In this document: one piece after another, positions 51,648 to 60,454 of the stretch
Layout: each line of letters begins with the position of its first letter
Numbering within the stretch: the stretch's first letter is position 1
Origin: Spirochaetia bacterium
GTDB taxonomy: Bacteria > Spirochaetota > Spirochaetia > DSM-16054 > Sediminispirochaetaceae
DNA: 64,000 bases
NCBI GenBank assembly: GCA_034520965.1
Contig: JAXHMY010000008.1
Location: forward strand, 205,005-269,004
Direction: 5' to 3'
Notes under the pieces: model-generated
What the model saw: only the letters and a program-made list of their open reading frames with translations
What the model was told of the DNA's origin: nothing
The model's database searches: none
Position numbers and translations under genes: made by a program

Positions 51648-51715
51648 AGTTTCGTATGCCGCGTAGCGGCAATCGAAACGATGAAAATAGCCGAATACGG
51701 CTATTTTCTTAATAG
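51648..51715 (-). repeat. Family A 68-nt repeat, copy 3 (probable 5' UTR of ackA)
   Basis: Reverse complement CTATTAAGAAAATAGCCGTATTCGGCTATTTTCATCGTTTCGATTGCCGCTACGCGGCATACGAAACT. Confidence 0.92.
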
Positions 51716-51862
51716 TTTTTACAGCATATTTTCGCATGGCTCCCGCAAAAATTCAATAAACAAAGGGGAAACCGAATATTGTGCTATGTTAAGCCAATTT
51801 CACTCCATAAAAGATAGCTATTATTGAAGCAGGGCGACATAAATCAATGTTGTTACTAGTAT

Positions 51863-53281
51863 ATGCTCCGGCGAAAACTATTAACTCTAGGGTTTATCTC
51901 TTTTCTCCTGCTCTCCAGAATGCTCTCGGCAAGCCCAGCTGTCGAGTCTTTAACGGTAAAGCGTCTCGAAAGCCGGCTCGAAGAAGAGCTTCAGAAGCTG
52001 AAAATAGAGGTTTTACAACCGGGCTTTCGCTGCCTGCTGTTAAGCGAGGGGGAAAGTCCTCTGCAGCAGAGTGTGAGTATCGCTCTTCAGTGGGACTCCC
52101 TGGGAATTGGGCCCTTGCTTAGGAAAGGTGTTATTAAGGAAATCGAAAAGCCCTTTCAGTATTCTATCAACTCGCAGGTGTATCAACAGCCGGCGGGGTG
52201 TGGCATTGATTTTTCACTAAGCCCTGCTCGAAGCTACGGAGCTGTATGGCAGGGGGACTCGGAGTATGGTTTTTTTATAAGGGAGGAGGAGACTCTATAC
52301 CGTTGGGGCGGCTGGTTTTCTTTTGATATTGGTCAGAAGATTCTGCTTGAGCCCTGGATTTGTGAACTCTTACAGGCTTCTGCCTTTGATTACCTAGGGC
52401 TATCTGTGGATCAAGAAGAGGATCAAGAAGCGGATGAAGAGGTGGAGGCTGGACAGCCCCTGCAAACTAATTCTATGAACAGCATGCACTCACAACGTAT
52501 ACATACATTCGGTGTGAATATGATAGTTCGGGAAGGGCGGCAGGAGTGTCGCTTGTTGGTGGCATTTATGTATTCAGCCGCGGGTAAGCCCTCAAGCTTC
52601 TTCAGGAGTTATATAAACCTGCACAGTGCCGGACGCTTTGATTGGCAGCTGAGCATGCTCGGGCGCTGGATTGGTGAAGGGTTTGAAAATTCAAAGGGAG
52701 TTTTACCGCAGAAAAAGGCTTCCCTCTCCGGCTTGGCGGGAGTCAGTTTTGGTAGGAGTGGTCTCAGTATACATGGGGAAATTTCGAGGAACAGACTTCC
52801 GGTGGTTCCGCTGCGGTATGTGGAGTGTGAACGAGAAGTGGGCGGGAAGGTATATACGGGTTTTTCATTTTTCGATTGTAACAGTTCCTTTAGCCATAAC
52901 TGGGATTTTAATGAAGAAGGGCAGCTTGCCGGTAAATATAAGCAAGATGTAAATTTGAGTTTAAGACCCTCCGGGTGGAACTGTAAATTTCGGTTTGCAT
53001 CTCTTTTCCCGTATACATCGGTTGCAGAGCATTCCGCAAAGCTGGAGGCGGGAACTTCAGTTGGTTGTGTGAGTATGTCCGCCTCTGGAAAGCTGACCTG
53101 GGAACAGGATCTAAACCGGGAAGCGATAGACAGTTGGTCTGTAGCACTGCGGGGAGAGTATACACGGCGGGCAGATGATGTTGTGGAGCTTTGGGCTAAG
53201 CTTGTATGCGAGGGGAACCTGAGCGGTCGGGTGGCGTTTCCCCTCTCCCTTGGGATGAAGATAGAATCCACCAGGCCTTAG
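51863..53281 (+). CDS. Hypothetical exported protein, possibly beta-barrel
   Basis: 472-aa ORF with signal peptide; alternating aromatic/hydrophobic strands; no recognised motif. Confidence 0.55.
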   Translation: MLRRKLLTLGFISFLLLSRMLSASPAVESLTVKRLESRLEEELQKLKIEVLQPGFRCLLLSEGESPLQQSVSIALQWDSLGIGPLLRKGVIKEIEKPFQYSINSQVYQQPAGCGIDFSLSPARSYGAVWQGDSEYGFFIREEETLYRWGGWFSFDIGQKILLEPWICELLQASAFDYLGLSVDQEEDQEADEEVEAGQPLQTNSMNSMHSQRIHTFGVNMIVREGRQECRLLVAFMYSAAGKPSSFFRSYINLHSAGRFDWQLSMLGRWIGEGFENSKGVLPQKKASLSGLAGVSFGRSGLSIHGEISRNRLPVVPLRYVECEREVGGKVYTGFSFFDCNSSFSHNWDFNEEGQLAGKYKQDVNLSLRPSGWNCKFRFASLFPYTSVAEHSAKLEAGTSVGCVSMSASGKLTWEQDLNREAIDSWSVALRGEYTRRADDVVELWAKLVCEGNLSGRVAFPLSLGMKIESTRP

Positions 53282-53295
53282 ACTTCAGCCGCAGC

Positions 53296-54642
53296 TCAAA
53301 TACTCAGCAGATATCGGGCGGTCTCAAAATAGATGGTGAGTCCGCAAACATCAATGACCGTTGCCATTAAAGGGGTGGACATAACCGTCGGATCAAAGCC
53401 CAGGCGATGGATAAAGAGCGGCATGAGAGTCCCGATAAGATTTGAAATAAGAACAACAAATACTAAGGACAGCCCCAGCGCCAAGCCTTCAAAGGTTCCG
53501 ACTCCCGGGGGCATCAAGATGCTGCGTGCGATAATAACCAAGCCGGTAAACAATCCCATCATCAGACCAACCAGAATCTCCCGCAGAAAAATTATGCCGG
53601 TCTGCCTAAAGTGTATTTCCCCGGTTGCCAATCCGCGGATCATAAGGGTTGCGGATTGGCTGCCTGTATTACCTCCGGTTTGGGTAATAACCGGCATAAA
53701 CACAAACAGAAAGGCTGCGCTAAGAGCTAACTCTTCATAGTGATAGACCACATTGGTGGTTATGGTTCCAAAGAGGAGGAGGATGATAAGCCAGGGTACC
53801 CGCTTTTTAACTAAGCCCCACATTGAGGTGTCCATGTAGGAGCCAACCTCACCGGACATAGCACCCATCTTATAGACATCCTCAGTTTGCTCCTCCCGAA
53901 TGACATCGATTACATCGTCGAAGGTAACAACACCAAGCAGCAGGTTGTCATGGTCTACAACCGGAATAGAAATCAGGTCATGTTCTTCCAGGGTACGGGC
54001 TACCTCTTCTCTGTCGGTCTCATCAAACACGGAAACTACTTTTCGTTCCATGATCTCGGAAACCGAAAGAGTATCTTCGGATGAGAGTATATCCTTGATA
54101 GATACCGTTCCTATGAGGCGCTGAAGGTCATCGAGTACGTAGATGTAATACGGAATTTCAACTTTTTTTACATTATTGCGAATAAAGCCCAGGGCCTGAG
54201 AAACACTTATACTGGCGCGAATCGCAAGGTAACGCGGGGTCATCATACCGGCTGCATCATCTTCATCGAAACGCAGCAGAAAGAGCATCTCCCGTTTGGC
54301 TTCGTCGCTCAGGTTGTCCCAGACTGAGCGGCGCACTTCATGGCTGAGGGTTTGGACAAGGTCTACCAGGTCATCCGGTTCCATCGCCTGAAAGAGTGCT
54401 CTTTTCCCTTGGGAGGAGAGTGATTCTATGATTATCTCCTGCTCTTGATAGGGCAGCTCGATAATCAGATCTAGTTTTTTGCTGGGGTCCAGATGCAGAA
54501 AAATTTCGGTTTTTTCTTCTTCAGTTAATTCACGCCAATCGTTGACTAAGTCACTTACTGCAATCTCTGAAAACAGTGATCGCATTTCATTGCCTGTCAT
54601 CATCTCTCGGTAAGACCGATAATAATCGATATAGCTGCTCAT
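53296..54642 (-). CDS. mgtE: Magnesium transporter MgtE
   Basis: MgtE N-domain, AAGMMT CBS pair, GGNTGSQ, IRGLATGE, DPTVMSTPLMATVID. Confidence 0.95.
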   Translation of the reverse strand: MSSYIDYYRSYREMMTGNEMRSLFSEIAVSDLVNDWRELTEEEKTEIFLHLDPSKKLDLIIELPYQEQEIIIESLSSQGKRALFQAMEPDDLVDLVQTLSHEVRRSVWDNLSDEAKREMLFLLRFDEDDAAGMMTPRYLAIRASISVSQALGFIRNNVKKVEIPYYIYVLDDLQRLIGTVSIKDILSSEDTLSVSEIMERKVVSVFDETDREEVARTLEEHDLISIPVVDHDNLLLGVVTFDDVIDVIREEQTEDVYKMGAMSGEVGSYMDTSMWGLVKKRVPWLIILLLFGTITTNVVYHYEELALSAAFLFVFMPVITQTGGNTGSQSATLMIRGLATGEIHFRQTGIIFLREILVGLMMGLFTGLVIIARSILMPPGVGTFEGLALGLSLVFVVLISNLIGTLMPLFIHRLGFDPTVMSTPLMATVIDVCGLTIYFETARYLLSI

Positions 54643-54708
54643 AGGGTGACCTCGCTTTTCCACATTGGGTGTTATCGTTAAGTTTATTTTATCCGGTACG
54701 GCAGCTGT

Positions 54709-55623
54709 TTACCAGTCTCCAACCAGCCGAATCTCCGGTTCCAGCACGATATTTCGTTTTTCATATGCAACCTTCTGGGCGTGAAGAATGAGGCCCCTCA
54801 CATCCTCAGCCGAGGCTGTGCCGTTGTTGATGATAATATTAGCATGGAAGGGTGCTATTTGTGCTCCCCCCCGTCGGAACCCCCGCAGGCCTAACTCATC
54901 AAGAATTTTTCCGCTCGGCATACCAAAGCTGCGATTGTTCTTAAATACGGAACCGGCGGAAGGATGTTCAAAGTGTCCTTTACTACGGCGGTCTTCTTGA
55001 ACCTCCTGCATACGGGCCCATATTGCTGCGTAATCGGCTGTCTGCAGCCTCAAGTCAAGTGACAACAGAATAGCGCTACTGCCCTGGAAGGGGGACTTTT
55101 TATAGGCAAAGCGGGGGTCCGGAAGGGTGAGGTTCTGATGTGAAAGTGCGTCATCCAGGTAGTGTACAGTTCCCGGCACCTCCGAGATCGACTGCCCGTA
55201 ACAACGGGCATTCATCCAAAGGGCTCCGCCGACACTGCCCGGCATTTTGTAGATAAATTCTAATCCGCTTAGGGAGTGTTGGGCGGCAATCTCAGCGACA
55301 TGGCTGATTTCTGCTCCCGTTCCACAGTGCAATTGCTGTCCTTTTACCTCTATACCTGCAAACCGAGACATATCCAGCACCATCCCCCGCATGCCCTTAT
55401 CCGAGACCAAAATATTGGCCCCTGCCCCGAGGACAAACAGAGGCACTCCTTCGCTGTGTGCTACTCCGGCGATCAGTACAATATCGGCTTCATCCGCGGG
55501 GACGGTATAAATATCTGCCGGGCCGCCGATCTGAAAAGAGGTGTGCCGGTTCATAGGTTCATGAAGTTTGACCTGACCGCTTATGTTGATTTTTTTTACT
55601 ATATCTCCTACATTTATATCCAC
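54709..55623 (-). CDS. murB: UDP-N-acetylenolpyruvoylglucosamine reductase
   Basis: HTSFQIGGPAD, GAGANILVSD, PGSVGGALWMNA, PSAGSVFKN, LEPE. Confidence 0.95.
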   Translation of the reverse strand: MDINVGDIVKKINISGQVKLHEPMNRHTSFQIGGPADIYTVPADEADIVLIAGVAHSEGVPLFVLGAGANILVSDKGMRGMVLDMSRFAGIEVKGQQLHCGTGAEISHVAEIAAQHSLSGLEFIYKMPGSVGGALWMNARCYGQSISEVPGTVHYLDDALSHQNLTLPDPRFAYKKSPFQGSSAILLSLDLRLQTADYAAIWARMQEVQEDRRSKGHFEHPSAGSVFKNNRSFGMPSGKILDELGLRGFRRGGAQIAPFHANIIINNGTASAEDVRGLILHAQKVAYEKRNIVLEPEIRLVGDW

Positions 55624-55688
55624 GCGGATTATAATAAGTGAAAATGGCCGGATTTTCTACCGCTTATTCCAATTTTAGGGGGCTTTGT

Positions 55689-57098
55689 ATGCAACTTCGT
55701 TTATACAATACCATGGCAAGGAAAATTGAAGATTTTTATACTATCGAACCGGGTAAGGCGAAGATGTATACCTGCGGCCCAACCGTCTATAATTATGCCC
55801 ATATCGGGAATCTAAGAACCTACGTGTCTGAAGACCTCCTGCGCCGTACGCTGGAGTATGTAGGGTATGAAGTTGAACATGTAATGAATGTTACTGATGT
55901 AGGCCACCTGACGGATGACGCGGATGAGGGAGAAGATAAGATGGTAAAGAGCTCCCGTGAATCCGGCCGTTCCGTATGGGATATTGCTCAGTTCTATACG
56001 GATGCCTTCTTCCTGGATATCGATAATTTGAATATACGTCGTCCTTCCATTACCTGTAAGGCCACCGATCATATCGGGGATATGGTTGGGCTGATTAAGA
56101 AAATTGAACAGAACGGTCATACCTATGAGTCCGGGGGCAATGTCTATTTCAGCATAGATACTTTTCCGGAGTACGGAAAATTGGCCCGTCTTGACACTCA
56201 GGACTTGCAGTCGGGAGCCCGGATAGCGGTGGACAGTAATAAAAAGAATCCCCGTGATTTTGTGCTGTGGTTCACCCGCTCGAAATTTGAAAATCAGGCA
56301 ATGATTTGGGATTCTCCGTGGGGAAAGGGATACCCCGGCTGGCATGTGGAATGCTCAGCTATGAGTATGCGTTATTTAGGTGAGCATTTTGATATTCATT
56401 GCGGCGGGGTCGACCACATTCCTGTGCATCATACCAACGAAATTGCCCAATCCGAAAGCGCAACGGGAAAAAAATGGGTGAACTTCTGGATTCACGCTGA
56501 GTTCCTTGTCATGGGGCAGCATAAAATGGCTAAGTCGAAGGGAAACTTTATTACCCTGCGAACCCTTCAGGAGGAGAAGTACGATCCTCTAGATTACCGC
56601 TACTTTTGCTTGGGCGGGCATTACCGCTCACAGTTGCAGTTTACCTTTGACTCATTGGATGCAGCCAGAACAGCACGGCTCAATTTAGTAGACCGGGTTC
56701 GTGAATTGCGCGGTGAGGTCGATACAATACCGGAGCTCACGGATATCGGGAGTGAGGCGCGCAGATATCTGGAAGAGTTCCAGACGCAGGTGACCAATGA
56801 TCTGCATGTGCCCAAAGCCTTATCGGTCCTCTGGCCCTTACTTAAAGACAGTGCTGTACCGGCTGGGGAAAAACTGGCGGTAGTATTGGATATGGACAAG
56901 GTGCTTGGCTTGCAGCTCGCCTCAGTGGAAGAAGAAGCCTCACTTGATGATGAGACACACAAGCTTATCAAAGAGCGGGAAGAGGCCCGGGCAGCTAAGG
57001 ACTTTGCGCGGGCCGATCAAATCCGTGATCAATTGCTTGAGAAAGGGATTGAGCTCAAGGATACTCCAAAAGGGACGGTATGGAAGAAAAAAGTGTAA
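55689..57098 (+). CDS. cysS: Cysteine--tRNA ligase
   Basis: CGPTVYNYAHIGN, PGWHVECSAM, HHTNEIAQ, KMAKS. Confidence 0.98.
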   Translation: MQLRLYNTMARKIEDFYTIEPGKAKMYTCGPTVYNYAHIGNLRTYVSEDLLRRTLEYVGYEVEHVMNVTDVGHLTDDADEGEDKMVKSSRESGRSVWDIAQFYTDAFFLDIDNLNIRRPSITCKATDHIGDMVGLIKKIEQNGHTYESGGNVYFSIDTFPEYGKLARLDTQDLQSGARIAVDSNKKNPRDFVLWFTRSKFENQAMIWDSPWGKGYPGWHVECSAMSMRYLGEHFDIHCGGVDHIPVHHTNEIAQSESATGKKWVNFWIHAEFLVMGQHKMAKSKGNFITLRTLQEEKYDPLDYRYFCLGGHYRSQLQFTFDSLDAARTARLNLVDRVRELRGEVDTIPELTDIGSEARRYLEEFQTQVTNDLHVPKALSVLWPLLKDSAVPAGEKLAVVLDMDKVLGLQLASVEEEASLDDETHKLIKEREEARAAKDFARADQIRDQLLEKGIELKDTPKGTVWKKKV

Positions 57099-57125
57099 CT
57101 ATCGGATATAAGTGTTGTTTACAGT

Positions 57126-57653
57126 ATGAAGATACACAGTAATGACCCGGAAGCATTTCAAGGTATATACGATAAGACGTTTCATATAATCGTCAAGGTT
57201 GCATATCATATAACCCTGGATGCTGACGTGGCAGAGGACATTTGCCAGGAGGCGTTTATCCGTTTTTATCATCGGACCGTTCCTTTTCCCTCGGAGGACC
57301 AAGCTCGATATTGGCTGATTCGTGTAGCGAAGAACCTCTCTTTTAACTACTACAAACGAAAAAAGCGGGAGAGATCAGCTCTTGAACGTTATTCCTTCGA
57401 ACCCAAACCGCATCAGCACAATAGCGAAGAGCTGTTGATGCGCAGTGAGACTGAACAGCTCGTACACCATGCGGTAGAGCAGCTTCCCGATAGTCTTCGT
57501 TCGGTTATTGTATTGAAGGAGTATGGAAATCTTTCTTATCGCGAAATAGGGAGGGTTCTTCACATTACGGAAAACAATGTAAAGGTAAGGGTACATCGAG
57601 CCCGGAACATGCTGGGCACTCTCCTGAAGGAGGAGGAAGCACATGTGTTATGA
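57126..57653 (+). CDS. ECF (group 4) RNA polymerase sigma factor
   Basis: AEDICQEAF, WLIRVAKN (region 2); LSYREIG...NVKVRVHRAR (region 4). Confidence 0.93.
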   Translation: MKIHSNDPEAFQGIYDKTFHIIVKVAYHITLDADVAEDICQEAFIRFYHRTVPFPSEDQARYWLIRVAKNLSFNYYKRKKRERSALERYSFEPKPHQHNSEELLMRSETEQLVHHAVEQLPDSLRSVIVLKEYGNLSYREIGRVLHITENNVKVRVHRARNMLGTLLKEEEAHVL

Positions 57654-58245
57654 TGAACAAGTTATTTCTACGTATGTAGACGGTGAATTAGAAGAACCTC
57701 TTCACCGCGAGGTACAGAAGCATCTGGAAAGCTGTGCCTACTGCCGTAGTACACAGGCTGAGTACCGCTCTGTAAAAGAGCTCTTTTTGGCTGTGAGTAA
57801 CAGCCCACTACACGATACCATTGCCGGGCCACAGGCAAAGGCGAGGGTATGGCAGCAGGTTCAGCGGAAGACCCGACGTGAGACAGCTCAGAACTTTTGG
57901 CATCGGCAAATTCAGGTCCCCCTTCCCCTGGCTGCGGGCGTAATGGCGGCAGTGGCGGTACTCGTCTTTACTTTGATTTTTAGTCCCTTTTCTTCCGGTA
58001 TTTTTTCTTCTGATCAATCCGGTGCCCCCCTTGCTTTACGAGATGATAACAATATCCCGGAGGTATCTACAAACTATCCTGCTTCCAAAAACAGCATGCC
58101 GGAACTTGAACAGCTGCTTCGGTTTTTGAGTGATCAAGGGGCGGCGGTGGAAGTGAAGATTCAGCTCCCAAGCTCTTCCAAAATTCAGGTGACCGGAGAG
58201 CCCCAACTGCTGCGGGCGGCGGATTTCAGGAGGAGCGGCGAGTGA
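57643..58245 (+). CDS. Zinc-binding (ZAS) transmembrane anti-sigma factor
   Basis: YVDGEL...HLESCAYC (HxxxCxxC), single TM; overlaps sigma stop, AGGAGG SD. Confidence 0.88.
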   Translation: MCYDEQVISTYVDGELEEPLHREVQKHLESCAYCRSTQAEYRSVKELFLAVSNSPLHDTIAGPQAKARVWQQVQRKTRRETAQNFWHRQIQVPLPLAAGVMAAVAVLVFTLIFSPFSSGIFSSDQSGAPLALRDDNNIPEVSTNYPASKNSMPELEQLLRFLSDQGAAVEVKIQLPSSSKIQVTGEPQLLRAADFRRSGE

Positions 58246-58739
58246 AATTGAATGCCCTTTTTCCAATGCTGCTGATCTTATTGGGGCTGGTGCAGCCCCT
58301 TTTTTCACAGAACCATAGTGGTGCTTCAAGTGAAGAACTCGAAGAGGCGTTACGCTATTTGCAGGGTAAAGCTCTGGAAGTACAGATCCATGCGCGTTTA
58401 ATTGGAAAAGATCGGGAAAATGTCTGGAACACCGAAAGTCGAAAAATAACCGTGTCCGGCAAATCGATTTCGATCACCCTTCAAGGTGAGAACTTAGTTG
58501 TCAGTGCTCATATTCTTCCGTTTTTAAACGAAGGCGGTTCAATTTTTCTTGTTGCCAAGGGAGAGGTATGGGTTCAACAGGGTCCTGGTCAAGAGAAAAA
58601 GTATTACAGTACTGTAAAAAGCCTTCCCATCAAACCGGGAGAAAGTGTAATATTCTTTCCAACCGGAGTGCTTATGGATACAGAAGAGAACGACGTACAT
58701 ACCATCGAATTAGAAATACAAGTGGAGCCGCTTGAATGA
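58242..58739 (+). CDS. Hypothetical exported protein in ECF operon
   Basis: Signal peptide; GTGA and ATGA overlaps with neighbours. Confidence 0.7.
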   Translation: MKLNALFPMLLILLGLVQPLFSQNHSGASSEELEEALRYLQGKALEVQIHARLIGKDRENVWNTESRKITVSGKSISITLQGENLVVSAHILPFLNEGGSIFLVAKGEVWVQQGPGQEKKYYSTVKSLPIKPGESVIFFPTGVLMDTEENDVHTIELEIQVEPLE

Positions 58740-60385
58740 GCGCTCGTGGACATATATATACCATCTCAGTATTCTTACTTTTTATTCTTTTAGTTGCTGT
58801 AGCCATCTATTTGTCGGTTTTTACGGTAAAGAAGCCTCACATCACCAAGCTCTCTCCACCGGCAGCCTATCCACAGGAGACCCTGCATATTGAGGGCGAA
58901 GGATTCGGCCCTAAGCGAGAAAACGGAGACGTTATTATTGCCGGAATTCGCCTTACTGCTTCGCATCTTGAAGAGTGGACGGAAAATGAAATCCGGGTAA
59001 GGGTTCCCCAGGGAGTAGAATCCGGGCGGGTGTATGTAATCACTCAGAACGGTGAAAGTAATGGAATCCTGTTCAGTAATAGGGCTCATATACCGGTAAT
59101 TCTCTCCGGCCCGGTAGAACCGGGACATCCCTATATCGAATCGATCTCCCCTGAAAAAGGGGCTGTCGGTACCCGGGTTACAATAAGTGGTCGTAATTTC
59201 GGTCGACGACGGGGTGCAGGGAAGGTATATTTCCGTTTTTTAGCGGTGGACAAAACGGCCGGATCCGAGAATTCTTCAGGAAATATGGAATATGTAGAGT
59301 GCAGTGAATTTGATTTTGACTATGAGCTGTGGAGTGACCAGGAGCTGGTGGTGTATGTTCCGGACGGGGCAATTTCCGGGAGTGTTATGGTTGAAAACGA
59401 CCGTGGACGAAGTAACGCCCTCTATTTCGAGGTAAATACCCCGGCGGGGTCTAAACGCTTTGAACAGAAAAAGGGGTATCAGATTCAGCAGGATCTTCGT
59501 GTGTCAAATGTGCGAGCGGCGAACGAGGAGAGTGGACTTGAGCTCTGGGTTCCGAAACTGTTCCACGGCTACGCTCAACAGAATATTGAAGCGATACACG
59601 ATCCTGAACCCTTATGGCTTGATTATAAGGGGATTATGCGTTATTCCCTTAAACCTTCAGAGGATTGGTTTGAATATTCTCTGAATCATACTTACTGGTT
59701 TGACCGCTACTCAATTCGCACCGATATTGATGCGCGAGATGTGGGTGGGTATGATCAGGATAGAAAGCTGTATACTCACTACACCCAACCGAATATGTTC
59801 ATTCCTTCGGACAACGAGACTATTGCGGCGGTGGCAGCCTCTCGGGCAGGGCGAAGTGGAAATCCGTATCGCCGGGCATATGCTCTGTTTGAATATATTC
59901 TCGATCGAATAGAGTACGATCCGGGGTTTCGCTACAATAGCTTAGAAGAGTGTATCGACAGCGGACGAGGGGATGCACGGGATTACGCTCTGTTGTTTGT
60001 TGCGATGGCCCGCAGTATCGGCATTCCGGCCCGTCCGGTGGCCGGCCTTATAGTGTATGGAGATAAGCTTACCCGGAGGCATGTGTGGGCGGAGTTTTAT
60101 GTCCCCCAGTTGGGTTGGGTTCCGGTCGACCCGGCACTGGCTGATGGTACCGGGCTCCTCGACATTCAGGTTGAAGCTCCCGGCTCTTTTTATTTTGGAA
60201 ATCTTGAGAATCAACACATCAGTTTTACCAGGCATGTGGTGCAGCTTCCGAAGGTGAATCCCCATTCAAAAGTGAGTATACTTCCCAACCCCTACTCCCT
60301 ACAGACTATTTATGAAGAATACCCGCCTAATTTAGAGGGGTATCGAGTCCGTTGGGAAGATGTAAAAATAGTCGATTGGTGGTAG
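58736..60385 (+). CDS. IPT/TIG-domain, transglutaminase-like protein (catalytic Cys absent)
   Basis: Two IPT/TIG repeats (PHITKLSP..GEGFG; PYIESISP..GRNFG); GDARDYA...GIPAR...HVWAE...WVPVDP. Confidence 0.85.
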   Translation: MSARGHIYTISVFLLFILLVAVAIYLSVFTVKKPHITKLSPPAAYPQETLHIEGEGFGPKRENGDVIIAGIRLTASHLEEWTENEIRVRVPQGVESGRVYVITQNGESNGILFSNRAHIPVILSGPVEPGHPYIESISPEKGAVGTRVTISGRNFGRRRGAGKVYFRFLAVDKTAGSENSSGNMEYVECSEFDFDYELWSDQELVVYVPDGAISGSVMVENDRGRSNALYFEVNTPAGSKRFEQKKGYQIQQDLRVSNVRAANEESGLELWVPKLFHGYAQQNIEAIHDPEPLWLDYKGIMRYSLKPSEDWFEYSLNHTYWFDRYSIRTDIDARDVGGYDQDRKLYTHYTQPNMFIPSDNETIAAVAASRAGRSGNPYRRAYALFEYILDRIEYDPGFRYNSLEECIDSGRGDARDYALLFVAMARSIGIPARPVAGLIVYGDKLTRRHVWAEFYVPQLGWVPVDPALADGTGLLDIQVEAPGSFYFGNLENQHISFTRHVVQLPKVNPHSKVSILPNPYSLQTIYEEYPPNLEGYRVRWEDVKIVDWW

Positions 60386-60410
60386 TAAGACATTTCTTTT
60401 GCATTGACAA

Positions 60411-60452
60411 CGGCAATTTGAAAATTTTATTACGGCGTTTCAAAAATTACTG
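60411..60452. mobile_element. Family B deletion derivative flanked by 9-bp direct repeat CATTGACAA
   Basis: CGGCAATTTGAAAATTTT and TTACGGCGTTTCAAAAATT match the left arms at 23642 and 23693; ends AATTACTG; DR 60402-60410 and 60453-60461. Confidence 0.7.
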
Positions 60453-60454
60453 CA

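Noticed and set aside
51621..51737. 39-aa N-terminal extension of acetate kinase
   Set aside because: GTG 51620 has a well-spaced GGAGGA SD and gives the normal xILxLNCGSSS start; the extension is mostly repeat sequence and probably untranslated.
52609..53271. 220-aa antisense ORF (and other antisense ORFs such as 63082-63891 and 21152-21745)
   Set aside because: They shadow longer or recognisable genes on the opposite strand and have no motifs or start signals.
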